In this document: piece after piece, positions 45,738 to 64,000 of the stretch | Layout: every line of letters begins with the position of its first letter | Numbering within the stretch: position 1 is the stretch's first letter | Assembly (NCBI GenBank): GCA_012295275.1 | Contig: CM022674.1 | Coordinates: 15,500,001 to 15,564,000, forward strand | Direction of reading: 5' to 3' | DNA from: Chrysomallon squamiferum | Lineage: Eukaryota; Animalia; Mollusca | DNA length: 64,000 nucleotides | Program-made: the position numbers and the translations under genes | Notes under the pieces: generated by a model | Told to the model about the DNA's origin: nothing | Databases searched by the model: none | The model's input: only the letters and a program-made list of their open reading frames with translations

Positions 45738-46980
45738 ATGGTTATAATGAGACGAATCCAAAGAATAGACTTTTGTATTTTAGCATTTGTGATAATCGTT
45801 GTTTCTTTTGCTAATACCGAGCTTGGCACTCGTAAGACTTTTCGAAAGTTACCACAGTACAACGATAAGAAACCTGCAGAAGATCCTTCAAAAGAATTGA
45901 ACATGTCCAGTAAACTCTGCTGCCTCGTCACCGAATGTTCCACCTGTGTCGGCTGCAAAGGTTTCGTCTACAACAGCGGTAACGGCATATGTTCTCTTTA
46001 CAACGAAACGTTGAATTCTCTTTCGTTTGTTAATGAGACAGAAACTGAATCGTATGGTAAGTTGTGATTTGTTTGTTTACTTATATATATAAATCAAATG
46101 AACTGCAAAGATAGATAAAAGAAAGTGTATTGTTTTCTTCCTTTTTATGCACATTTGTTTGTAAGTCTATTTGTTTATACATGTATTAATTTAGATACTT
46201 TTTTCACAGAATAATGGATTTATTTTGTTTTTCATACGAATTTATAAACTGACATCATCATCCTCGTTGTTGTTGTTGTTACAGAAAGTGCTCCCTCTGA
46301 CTGTGTAGAAATAATTATGAATGGAGGTAAAACAAGCGGAGTTTATACAATTGTACCACGTGACAACGACAGCCCAATCAGGGCGTACTGCGAAATTTCT
46401 GATAATGATAGCGGTTGGCTTGTAAGTTTGAGCAATACTTTTTTATTAATTCTTCTATTGTTTTCATTTCATATATTATTACCCTCTCTCTCTCTCTCTC
46501 TCTCTGTATCTATATATATATATCTATATATATATATATATCTATCTATATATATATATATATATCTCTCTCTGTTTCAATTTTTTTTCTGTTTTTAGCC
46601 TTTTCATTTCGCTTTATATATGCATGTTTTATTGTGTCTCAAACAATTTTAATGTTTTCTTTCTCTCTGGGCCCCTCTCCCTTTCTCTACAAGACTAATT
46701 TGTTCATTTCCTTTATTTTATTTTATTATTATTATTATTTTGTTACTCTCAATAAGCAGACATGGGACCTATGTTTTCTGTTCTTCTTTTGATGTTCAGG
46801 TATTTCAGAGACGGACGGACGGATCAGAAAACTTCTACAGAACGTGGCAAGAATACAGAGACGGATTTGGTTCATTAACCAATGAATTCTGGCTAGGTAC
46901 ATAATTAATAATAGATAATTAAAATGTAAACAAAAACAGTAGGTTAAGTGGGTGACTTCACAAATATAATATATCAAAAG

Positions 46981-47024
<44 letters not shown>

Positions 47025-48336
47025 CTGTGTGTGTGTTTATGTGCGTGTGATTGATTAAGAAAAAGAGCGAAAAAACAACAACATTTTGGTAAAATCAGTG
47101 AAAACAGACCATACAAACAAATATAATGTTCATTCGTTGATCCGTTGATGTATCGATTATCAATATGATTTATCTTGCCAGTAAATGAGAACATACATCG
47201 GTCGATCAGATAGGGTTACTACGATCTGAAAATTGACTTGGAACATTTTGAAGGAAACGCGACTTTTGCTGTCTACAAAAATGTCTTTATAAATGGAGAA
47301 GATGATTTATGTCAGTTATCACTTGAAAAATACAACGGAACTGCAGGTAATCTGAAATAAATACAATAACAAGAACAGCAGTAATGCTAATGATAAGAAT
47401 AATTTTCTAAAATAAATAAAGCAACAAAAAGTAAAATAAATCAATGAATGAATGGATAAATAAATAACTAAATACATTCAATTCTAATACATTTCTAAAA
47501 TAAATGTATAGAATTCTAAACAACCGGAACAATAACACTAAAAATAATCGACTAGTTATTAAATTTATATTAAATTTATCTGTAAACAGTTCATATCTGT
47601 ATTTAGATAGAACAAAATATTTTTTTCATGTTTAACAGTACTCGCGATATGCCATACTCTCGATAGTGTTGAAATCAAGTTTATACCCTGTGCTGTCAGT
47701 TTGTATTGAATATTCAGAATCGTAACTGGTAAATTGGCACGTTGTAAATTGTCAGAGGCTACAAGGTGGCAAATTATTGGCATGAGTGATCCAGGAAATC
47801 TCATCAAACTATTTGGATGTCAACTTGCGCGCAGTATATCCATCATTTTAAGACTGTTAAACAAAACGCAGAGCTTTAAAAAAAATTTCAAAGATGGTCC
47901 AAACATCGAAGACCCTCTAAGACAACAATAAGAGAGGAGAGAGAATTGCACAGACTTGTTAGATGTCGTTCATGGGTCTGAACCACATCTTTAAAAAAAC
48001 AGTGGTTAGAATTGAGCTCTATTTTCTATACGAAACTCAGGAATCGGTTAAAAGGAGGACAGAAAACATGAAACAAATAAAACGGTCTCAAGCTCACAAG
48101 GGAGTACAACATTTAAACATGTAGATAAATCAAGAGATTTACAAAGGACAATGGTAACTCATGTGCTAGGGGTTATAAGGTACAACGACTGTCACTCTGC
48201 CAATCTGTACGGTCTGTACCTCAAAGGAACCAATAACCTCTTAGGTGTAGGCATCAACTGCTCTCCATGGAGAGTCTATTACTATTCACTGAAGAAAACT
48301 GTAATGAAAATTCGTCAATCTTCTGTTTTGATCTAA
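45738..48336 (+). pseudogene. PAN/Apple-fibrinogen domain (FReD) gene copy F1, disrupted
   Basis: Exons 45738-46056, 46285-46421, 46800-46896 and 47182-47346 (in-frame TAG at 47211-47213). Only the 3' half of the last exon (about 48180-48336) survives, downstream of a Tc1 fragment. Confidence 0.88.
47636..48170 (+). mobile_element. Tc1/mariner-like DNA transposon 5' fragment
   Basis: Begins CAGT. Degraded transposase N-terminal HTH region: RCKLSEATRWQIIGM...QLARSISIILRLL...KDGP..., REERELHRLVR, RNRLK. Confidence 0.7.
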
Positions 48337-48625
48337 AACTCTAATGAAATTTCGATCACAACCTGTTTTGAGCTAAAAACTGTAATCAAATTCGACCATG
48401 TTCTCTTTTTATCTTAAACTGTAACGACAATTTCACCATCTTCTATTTAGAATCATAACTGTAATTCGAATCCAACTATCTTCTGTCGTGAATTACAACT
48501 GTAATAAAAATTTGACCATTTTCTGTTTTCAATTATAACTGTAATGAAAATGCGGCCATACTCTATTTTTCACTGAAACTGTGATAAAAATTCGACCGTC
48601 TTCGGGTTTGAAGTAAAACTGTGTT
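48295..48625 (+). repeat. ~40-bp minisatellite (about 8 units) derived from the last codons and stop codon of F1
   Basis: Unit aaaactgtaatgaaaattcgaccatcttctgttttgaatt; about 4 units occur at 57541-57700 after F3. Confidence 0.85.
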
Positions 48626-49118
48626 GTTAATTCAAATGAAATAACAGTACTAGCCTAATGAAAATTGAATTATTAACTAGAAAAATAAACTGAATTAAAA
48701 ACGGAACAAAATTCCAATTGACAGGAATGTTTTGTTAGTCAAAATATTGAGAAAAAATGTTATTGGAAAATCATTTCAAACAAAATGTTTGAAATGTTTA
48801 TTGCTTTTCGGATATATTTCATATAAAATCTGAAAACTACTTATTTTGAAATAGTTAAATTTATAAGACGATAAATTTAATTTTATAACTGATTTGTTTG
48901 GAAAGGGTTATTAAATCTAATTCTATGTAAGCAAATAGTGCTGAATCTTATTTTAATTCCTGGATAAAGATAAATTCATGAAAAATGTGTTTGTTTCTTC
49001 GTATCTTTGTTCGTTGATTTGTTTATGAATTTTTTGTCGTGTGTCCTAATTAAATAACCGATTTATTTCAATATATACATATATACACACAAAAATATTT
49101 ACTTACATCTATTCATAC

Positions 49119-49181
<63 letters not shown>

Positions 49182-50180
49182 CGCAGACACACACACACAC
49201 ACACGCACATACATATATAATCTTTTGAAAACAAGAAGATATCAAAAACAAGAAGCTATCATTAAAGCAAGAGAAAACGAACAATTAAATAATAATAATA
49301 TTAATATTACAAATACTACTACTATTACTGCAACTGCCACGATCACTACTACTACTGCTACTGCTACTACTAATAAATATGCACACATACACAAACACAC
49401 AGCCACACGCACACAGACGCAGATTGTAAGCACAATATGTAGTTCATATAAAAACACATGAATATTTTAAATAACGTCATCTCTTTGAAGACTGAACAAA
49501 GCTGGAAAAGTCGCTTCATATAATCCCAAGTGACTCAGTTCTGTAGATGATCCTATATTGATCGACCAGTGTATCGTTAATCTAATTTAAAAATAACAAA
49601 ACAGGGTGACGAAAGGTTAATTATTTATTTGTATACAGTTCGCCAAGTTCTATTTCATTGTTTGTCAGAATTTATTTTTAACAATTTGTTTTTATTTAAT
49701 CCCTTAGGATGTTTGTAACGTTGATTAAAAACAATAAGTTTTTTAGTATGGACGTGCCTATTAATACCTATAAAAAAAAATTTCAATAGAACAAAAGGAA
49801 AATGAAGGAGAAACTATCAAAGATTCCGCTAGATAAAGAAAAGCAAATGTCAAATTTTTATAGATGAACAAAACATATTTCAAATGATCATTTCCCTGAT
49901 GACTATTATATGAATAAGAACAAATATGATTTCCATTCTGTTTCACGTTTATATGATTCAGCTGAACTTATAAAATCAATAGAATTATAAAAAAATATAT
50001 ATATCTATATATATTATATTATTAAGTTAATCAACCAAATGAGACATTGTCGAACGGGCAATGTGTTGGAAAAGTTCAGTGCATATAACGATTAAAATTT
50101 CTTTCTACAATTAGATTTATTTAGTTCTGAACAGAGATACCTGAATATCAGCACTGATATCGTTTATAAAATGGACATAA

Positions 50181-50283
<103 letters not shown>

Positions 50284-50735
50284 AACAAAGCAAAAGGAAT
50301 GAAACGATGTATAAAACATATTTCAAATGACCATTTCCCAAATGACTATTGTATGAATAAGTATTAATGTATTTACCTTTATCTTTGGTTTTCTATGTTT
50401 CAGCTAAACTTAGAGAATCGATAGTTATTATTAAAAAAAAAACTATCTACCATTAGTATCTTATTAATTTAATCATCCAAGTGAGACGTTGCTTTCATTA
50501 ATAAAGGATGAAATATTTCTGATCTGGATTGAAAACAGAAGCTTTTTTCATACGGTTATATAATTTGAAGAAATCAGTTTGATTGACTTCTAGTTACAGT
50601 GTCTTGGAAACATTAATAAAAGTAATTACTAATTTATTTCGCTCTATGAAATAACGATTAAAAGTTCTTTACTAACTGGAATAATTTAGTTCTGAACTGA
50701 GATACCTAAATTTTATCACTGATATCGTTTATAAG

Positions 50736-52311
<1,576 letters not shown>

Positions 52312-54121
52312 GTAATTTGAAGCAACTACAGCCAGAACAATTATACTCATATTTTTAAGAATAACAAGATAAAGAGGAAGTTAAGATTCGTAGTTTCTAA
52401 TGTAAATCAAGCAACACAAAAAATATAAATAAATAAAGAAAATAAATAAATAAATAAATAAATAAAATTCTAATACATTCTTAAAATCAATATACCAAAT
52501 TCTAAACAAACATAACAGTTAAGAATAAAAATGACATTTTTTTCCCATTGAAAATGATATATTTTTGTAGGTAGAGAAAAACATGTTTTTATATAAGTTA
52601 TGACAAAACTTGATACAAACATAATTGGTAATATTTCACATTTGCATATTCATAAACAAATAAAATAAAATGATATATATATATATATATATATATATTT
52701 GCTTATTAATAATATGTTATTCGAAAAATTGTTACGTATGGATGATAGGCTTTACCCTTTCATGAAAAAAAAAGTGACACATTTTATCCGTTGTCCTTAT
52801 GATAATAAGAATTATAACAGTAGCAAGAACCACACGAATAATAACAGTAATAACAATAAATTAACGATAACAAAAATAATATAGTATAAATACTACAAAG
52901 ACTAATGATATTAGAAAGAAAACGGTAAATATGAAAACAAGTAAATGAGTAATTATTATCACACTTCTGTTAAAGAGTCCACAATAAATTATTTAATAAT
53001 CATAGTTGATATTGCCATGGTTGTATTGAACATTCTAGAAATTGTTTTGTCCTACGTTACTTGTATATGTATATATGTATGTGTGTATGTAGGTTTGCAT
53101 GTGTCTATGTATATATATGCCCAATACATATCGTAGCAATAAATACATATACATACATAAACAGATAAATACAATCATCCACACGTACATAATAAAATTA
53201 ATAATCTCTCTGTGAAGACAATAATACTAAAATAAAATTACTTTGTAGATGTAACTGGAATATTCGATCATATCAAACAAAGAGTATGAAATAAATAATT
53301 CTCTTGGTTTAATGTTTTAACTTAATACTTTCTCTCTATATATCTTTAGTCAAAAGGTATGTACATGTACCGTTGTGATTCAGGATATGAAGATGGGTGT
53401 GTGAATAAATGATACATTAGTTGATAGATAGACGGATTATTGAAATCCTGGAAAAGAAGGAATTATTTATTTTATTTTATTTATATTATACAGCCCACAC
53501 GATACAGACTCAAAAATATATATTAATAAAATATATGAACAGTAAGAACAATAAAAACAACAAAATAACTGAAATATAAATAGAGAACGAAATCAAAAAC
53601 AAATAAGATGGAGCAATAAAAATATAAAAAAGCAGAATATGTCGGTAAAACCAGACCCTGAAGCAAGACAGGAAGAAACAAGAAATCAAGACGACGCAAA
53701 ACAGAGAGAAAATATGAGAGATTCTGTTAGTTCAGCAAGCGTAAATATTAATTTTCAAAGATGAACAAAACATATTTCAAATGACCTATTTCACTTCTAT
53801 ATGATATTATATGAATAAGATAAAGATTTCCATTCTGTTTCAATTATATAAAATTCATATGACCTGATAGAATCAATAGCATTATAATATGTATTATTAA
53901 ATTTATCAACCAAGTGAGACATTGCTTATTTAATACAGGATGAAATATTTCTTTTTCAGAAGCTTGTGTCGAACGGGCAATATATTGGAAAAGTTGAGTT
54001 CAAATAACGATTAACTTTTTTTCTATAATTAAATTTATTTTGTTCTGAACAGATATACCTGAATATGAGCTCTGATGTCGTTAATAAAATGGAGATAATG
54101 TGTGTTTGTGTGTGTGTGTAA

Positions 54122-54237
<116 letters not shown>

Positions 54238-54709
54238 GGAAAAAGACAATACAAGATATTCTGCTTGTTCAACAAGCGTAAATATTAATTTCTCAAAGAT
54301 GAATGAAACATATTTCATGTGACCATTTCCCTAATGACTATTATATGAATAAGTATTAATGTATTTACAGTTATCTTTGGCTTCTCTATGTTTCAGCTAA
54401 ACAGAGAATCGATAGTAATTATTAAAAAAAACGTATTAATTTAACCATCCAAGTGAAACGTTGCTTTCATTAATAAAGGATGAAATATTTCTGATCTGGA
54501 TTGAAAATAGAAGCTTCTTTCAAATGGTCAGTATAATTTGAAGAGATCGGTTTGGTATACTGCTAGTTACAGTGTCTTGGAAACATTAATAGAAGTAATT
54601 AATAGTTTATTTCGCTCTATAAAATAACGATTAAAAGTTCTTTATCTAACTGGATTAATTTAGTTCTGAGCTGAGATACCTAAATTTTATCGCTGATATC
54701 GTGTATAAA

Positions 54710-57582
<2,873 letters not shown>

Positions 57583-58392
57583 AACTGTAATGAAAAATTT
57601 CACCATCTTTTCTTTTGGACTAAAACTGTATTGAAAATTCGACCAGCTTCTCTTCTAAACCAAAACTGGGATGAAAATTCGACCATTTTCTGTTCTGAAA
57701 TAAAAGTTTAGTCAGCTGAAAGGGGATAATACTACTAGCCTCATCAATACTGAATTATTAACTAGAGAAATAATATAAAATAAAAATGAAACAATCAAGG
57801 CAATTAAAATTTGTGAGATAGTTTTATTTATGAAAATATTGAAACCGATAAGAAGAAAATTATTTATTATATATAACTGGTGTCTTTGGAAACAAAAAAC
57901 TATTTAACCTTTCTTTATAAATGGTTGTTGAATGAAAATATATAACTGTTATCTTTTGTAACTGTGATTAAATGTAAATTCATGAATGTACATTTTTTCA
58001 TAGAGAATATAGATAACTACGTACAAAAAAACATACGTATATATAACTACATGCAAAATACATACGTATATTTTTACACACATACATATATGCGTATCTA
58101 AATACATATATACATATATGTATACACATATGCACTATGACCTAAAGAGAATAGTCATTATCGTAATCAAAATAATGTAATTGCAGAAATAATCATGAAA
58201 ATAATAAAATTGAATTTAGTAGTGAGTATGACATAAATAATTCACAGAATTTCATGTTTCAACTTAATGCATTACATATATAGCAAAAATATGTCTAACT
58301 GAATAAACTATCTTACATGCATATCCTGAGAAATATTCATTAATAATAAAATTTAACTACTTTATAGATGCAACTGGAATATTCTATCATGT

Positions 58393-58427
<35 letters not shown>

Positions 58428-59288
58428 TATATATAAATAAAGAAAGAAAGAAAATAAAGAAAAGAAAAAAAAGAGTAGGAAATAAATAATTCACATGGTT
58501 TCATATTTTAGCTTAATGCTCTGTATACATCATTAGAAAAATGTTCTGGACGTGTACTGGTGTGTTTGAGTCTATGAACATGGGGTGGGTAGGTCGATGA
58601 TACATTGGTGGATAGACGGACAAAAGGGTTACTGAAATCCTGGAAAATTAAGAAATGTTTCTTTTTCATGTTATTTATTTTTCTATAAAATCCATTTGCA
58701 AGCAAAAGAAACACGATGCAAAGATAACTACAACAGAAAAACAAAACAAAACAAAGAGTCACATAACCACTACATTATTAATTACATTAATCATATTCAC
58801 CGTAGTATCAAATACTTCAGCTCTCAATAGAAAACAGAAGTTTACGTCATACGGTTAATTTGTTTCGGGGTTTTACTTAGTTTGATTGCCAGCGACAGTA
58901 AAATGGTAAAGCTCTAGATGTATCATTAGCTACAGTAACACGGTTGTGTAACCAGAAAGAAAATGGTTACTCAAAGCTGTAGTTGATTGTATTTAACACG
59001 TCTGATTGTACTGGAAACAATTCTTAAAGACAGAAAAAAGCTAATACTTTTCGTCACCTAGTCAAATTAAATATTGATAAGCTCTTGTTTGATTGTAATT
59101 GTTGGTCCTGTTTAGGAATCAGCAGAAACAGAATTTATAATATTTCTTGGAAACACTAGAATAATTAATTAATAGTTTATTTGGCTCTGTGAAATGACGA
59201 TTCAAATATCTTTATGCAGTAGGATTAATTCAGTTCACAGCAGAAGATAGGTAAATTTAAGCACTGAAATCATTGATAAAAGCAGATA

Positions 59289-60530
59289 ATGAAAGAAATG
59301 CACGGGATAACATTTTGTCTTTTCGCATTTCTGATAATCGATCTTTCTTTTACCAATACTGAGCTCAGTACTCGCAAGACTTTTCGAAAGTTACCAGAGT
59401 ACAACGATAAGAAACCTGCAGTTGATCTTTCAAAAGAATTGAACGTACCCAGTTAACCTTACTTCGTCACTGAATGTTCCAACTACATCGTCAGTGAATG
59501 TTTCAGCTACGTCGGCTGTAAAGGTTTCGTCTATAACAACGGCAACGGCATCTGTTCTCTGTACAATGGAAGGTTGAATTTTCTTTCGTTTGTTAGGGAG
59601 CCAGAAACAGTAACTTGTGGTAAGATAGGGTTGATTTGTTTTCTTATATATAAATCAAATGTAGTACACAAATAAAATTTTAAAAAGTGAAATTTGTTTT
59701 CATATGTATGTGTGTGTGTGCTTATAAGTCTAATCTTATATATGCATTCATTTAGATACTTTTATTTTATAGGATAATGCATGTATATTTTTGCATCCGA
59801 ATTTACCAACTGACATCATCATCGTTGTTGTTGTTATTATTATTATTACAGAAAATGTTTCCTCTTACAATTATGAATGGAGGTAATTATGAATAGAGAT
59901 AGTAAGATCTGTGAAGCCGGATAAAACAAACAAATACATAAGTAAATCAAACAAATACATACATACATATATAAATAAATAAATAATAAAATATCTGGAT
60001 ATTTGCTGAGTCACTGAACGATGGATTTGTCGATTATCTATCTGATTTATCTTGCCAGGCTCTGAAAACATAGATCGCTCGACCTGACAGGGTTACTACG
60101 ATCTAAAAACTGACTTGGAAGATGTTGAAAGAAAAACGAAGAATGCTGTCTACAAACATTTCTCAGTATCGTTTCATCAGTTGATATGAGGTAAATAATA
60201 ACAGGTAAATACAGATAAATAATGCATTTATTAATAATATAATAATTATTAACAATATATTAAAATTCATATATAATCAATAACTGTAAATCGATAGGTA
60301 ATATATTTGTATATGTAGATAAAATAGTGTATTTTTATAGGTAGAAAAAAAAGAATATCTATCTATCTATCTATCTATCTATTTATCTGTCATTCTACAC
60401 TGGTGGTGCAATAGCTGTCATTCGGCCAATCTGAACGGTTTGTACCTCAATGGAACCAATAATGTATTTGCTGCAGGAATCAACTGGTCGTCATGGAGAG
60501 ACTATTGCTATTCACTGAAGAAAACTGTAC
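59289..60530 (+). pseudogene. PAN-FReD copy F4, heavily deleted
   Basis: Exon 1 has TAA at 59454-59456 and a short internal duplication. Exon 2 is reduced to about 40 bp and exon 3 is absent. Exon 4 starts at 60059 with TGA at 60085-60087. Last-exon remnant [18 protein letters not shown] at about 60400-60530. Confidence 0.88.
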
Positions 60531-60740
60531 TGAGACTTCCTTCCATCCTCTGTTCTGAAACTGGAATGAGAATTCCACAGCTTTCTCAGTTGATGTCAGA
60601 CAATAAATCTAGCTTAATCGATGTGAAATTTTACCTGGAGAAATAAAGGAAAATAAAAAAAAAAAAATTACAGTTTACAGGAATGTTTTCTTAGTCAAGA
60701 TATTGATACTGATAAACAAAAATTGTGTATTCAATAGTAT

Positions 60741-60779
<39 letters not shown>

Positions 60780-60879
60780 GCCAATGATTACAACCAGTGA
60801 TCTGTCTTCCTGTCTCTTGTATCTATCTCTATTTCTTTAGTGCATTAAGTGTCAAATTAAGAAGTAACTACAACCAATT

Positions 60880-61270
60880 TCGCTGAATATAAACGAAGCA
60901 AGTAGAATTATTGCGAATAACGCCAGGTGCAACAGACACGAATCGTAGCTACTAGGCATGCGCAGCATGTGCACCTGAGCAGACGATCGATCGATTGCTT
61001 TTCCTAGCGTCCACAAAAAATGTATCTGAAATACTGATATAATGACGTAAGAAAGATAACGAAGGAACAGTCCTGCTATCGTTATCAGTTGAATAAAAGT
61101 AGGTCAGATATGTTGCCGTGTGCATGCTGTTTTTAGTATTCATTGTGTCCGTGGCTTAGCTTTTGCTCCACACATTAAAAAATAAAACTAGGTTCTGGCA
61201 GCTGAATAAAATAATCTCCTGTTTCTCCGAACAAAATATCCAGTGCGGCATCACTAATGAATGAAAAGTG
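60880..61270 (+). promoter_or_regulatory. CpG-enriched promoter-like block plus the conserved cassette; possible start of a plus-strand gene
   Basis: CpG cluster with NRF1-like GCATGCGC, then the cassette seen upstream of the PARP copies. Two related exon-like blocks follow at about 61377-61455 and 62263-62343, the second bounded by cag| and |gtaagt. Confidence 0.4.
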
Positions 61271-62150
61271 AACAAATCTGGAAGATTTTTAACATTTGGT
61301 TTTTGTTGTTGTTATTATTAGCACATACTTTAATAATTTGAAAACATATATATGTTTTGTGTTATTCTGTTGGCAGGACTGAACAGTTATATGATCAGTT
61401 ACAACCACTGGTTTAGCATACAGTAGTAATAATCTAAAGATGGGATACATTGAATTATAAATAAATAATTGTTTTGAGGGTATTAGATCGATGTACATAG
61501 GTAATTCTGCAGTGAGTGTTAAACAACAGCAAATGGAGGTGATGAGTAATTCAGTAAATTATTTATAAAAGAGAATTCATCTCTATATCTGTGGTTAATC
61601 TTAAATTTATGTCCTGAAATGACAGCAGATATTCACTCAATGTTTTATTATGAATTTTTGTTATCACCATGTTCATCTATGAAATGGTTATATATCCACG
61701 TTCAGGTGTCAAACTTGTGAAATCAGCTAATATTTTCTACAGAGGTAAATATGCTATCTCAACAACTTGTGTACATATAAAACTATCATGTGACTGAAAC
61801 AAGTCTGGTATATTACAAAATCACTAGTAAATAGAGCTGATCTGTTTTTAGTAAAGTGTGACTTTTTGTTTTTATTGTATTAGATTTGGTTCATAACATT
61901 TTATTTTCTAAATTAACCACATCCATCTACATTGATAATAAATAAATAAATAAAATTCTATTTTAAGCATCAGTTTCAACTGTGTTAATGATTTTTTATA
62001 CTGATTTTTGAAAAAATGGCAGTTATAACAGATTTATTTTTAATTTTAATATTTTGTTCCTCTTGGTGCTTAATTCTTCTTTTTTATTTTTGTTTATACT
62101 TTTTTTTATTAATATTTTGGGTAAATGGCAGCAGTTTTTTCATTACAGTA

Positions 62151-62186
<36 letters not shown>

Positions 62187-64000
62187 GAAAGTATTACTTG
62201 ACAATATTATTTTATGAAGCAAGGTAAATCAGTGTGTTAGTTTTGTATTGTTCTATTGACAGGACAGAAGAGTTGTATGGTCAGTTACAGACAACTGGTT
62301 TAACATACATCAGCTAATGTCTAAAGATGGGTTAAACTGAATTGTAAGTAAGTAAATGTTCTGTTTGTTTAAATTAGTTACATTAAAATTTAATGTTATA
62401 AGTGTGCAAAGTACAGTACAATACAGATAAAACTTTACTTGTCAAAGCCAGTCTCGGGCTAGGTCCAGGTTTTATTAAAAAGTAACTTTTCATTCGTTTT
62501 GTAGTTTGTTACTTATAATTATTTCTGTAACAGTTTTCAACCTTTACATAAAATATATTACACTGACTTCAATAAGCAAATTTCATATTTGTCTCTGATA
62601 CCAGAAATAGTTAATAATAAATGAAATTATTTTTTACCTTAGTTACCTAATGTTTCCTTTGTTCCTATTTATTTATTTATTTACATTTCAAAAATGAAGT
62701 AACAGGACTTACTGAACAGTTTGTAAGTGGAAACTCTGATCAGTGTTCTTTTTCTTTTTCCAAGATAACAAAATGACTGTCACTTGTAATTCATTTAAAA
62801 AAGAAAATAAGTTGATATGTTTTCAGTCACTGAATATTCTTTGCTTTCTTCGAATATTTAATCAGTTTTCAACAGATATTATGTAATATTAGGTGATACT
62901 AACTTTAATCCAAACATTTTGAGGCATAAATACAGCAGTTTTTACTCATTTTGTGAAGAAAATATTTGTTTCCAGTGCAGCTGTGTGTTTGTGTATATAT
63001 ATCTTCAATCTGATATAAATTATTATACTTAGTGTAGAAAAATTATCATTCAGTAATCTATTAAATAATTTAAAAACCTAATAGGGTAATGACTATTATT
63101 ATTATTTTGAAAATACATTTACATTTAATATTTAAGTGAAGGAATACATGTTCAAACACAATCATAGGTTATTATAATTATTCTAGAATCATGTGTAACT
63201 GCATGAAATTACTTTAAAACATTTATTTTATTTTCTATTTTTTTTACAAATACATGTATATATATATGGTGTGGAGAAATCATCTTTGAAAAATAAAGGA
63301 TTCAGTCACAAGTAAACATTCAGCCTGTAGGATCCAACTCATCTCTTCAGTTAAAAGTTGGATTTGTCAAATTGTCAACTAAACTAATTCCCAGTTCTAA
63401 GCTGATTCCACTTCCACTCTGTGCATAACATGCTCACTGATGACACAAATGTGCTGGACTCATGATTGGCCAAAGGCTTGAAGAGTTACAACATTAGGTT
63501 GGATGTAGAGTGTTGAGCTCACTAATGGACTGATGACTGTAATTGTTGTCAAGCTGATGTCCTGTAGGTTTGAGGCATAACTGTGGAATGCATTCTTATT
63601 TTGTGTCATCTTTGTGTTTATTATGTTCACCATTGTGCCAAGTTGACACTGAATGAGAGATGTGCTAAACAAAGGAGTTGAAAATGTGATATTTGAGCAT
63701 GCTGCAGTTAAGAAAAACAAGGAAACATCATACACTAGCATCTCACAGTGAAATCAGTTGTAACTGTCATTCAGAAATATAGAACATCATTCTGTTGTCA
63801 GTCATCACAATTTTGTAATTACTTGTCACGTTTTCACTCATTATGTTCAGGTGTATATTTGTGATATTTTAATTTGTATTGTTTATATAAAATAATTTAG
63901 TACAGTTGACAAGACTAAGAATATTACTTCAAAAAAATGTTCATTGTATAGTTATATTTGTATTGTTTATATAATTTAGTAATAGGTCTGACAAAACTAA

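Noticed and set aside
63260-63840. Moderately GC-richer block with a 93-aa minus-strand ORF
   Set aside because: No recognisable motif, stops in neighbouring frames and no convincing splice sites; it cannot be called from sequence alone.

Overview
AT-rich, microsatellite-dense animal genomic DNA (probably a mollusc or other lophotrochozoan; this is inferred from gene content only) with one 200-N scaffold gap at 6404-6603. 1-41 kb is a tandem birth-and-death array of PARP12/ZAP(ZC3HAV1)-like genes (CCCH zinc fingers, two WWE domains, H-Y-I PARP domain). It holds five copies, A-E, plus a sixth orphaned promoter; only copy D (20779-25354, minus strand, 5 coding exons, 1008 aa) is demonstrably intact. 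The repeat unit also carries an oppositely oriented 3' fragment of a tyrosine decarboxylase (Tdc) gene, and one such fragment forms a near-perfect 728-bp inverted repeat. Paralogs have grown different tandem-repeat low-complexity regions, including a de novo RGG domain of about 33 x 30 bp in copy C. An unrecognised two-exon, six-cysteine ORF sits inside the array (32920-33610). 45-61 kb is a tandem cluster of four secreted PAN/Apple + fibrinogen-domain (FReD) lectin-like genes: one intact (54710-57582, 326 aa) and three pseudogenes. Degraded LINE and Tc1/mariner fragments and many micro- and minisatellites fill the rest. All exon models were read by eye; no database search was run.
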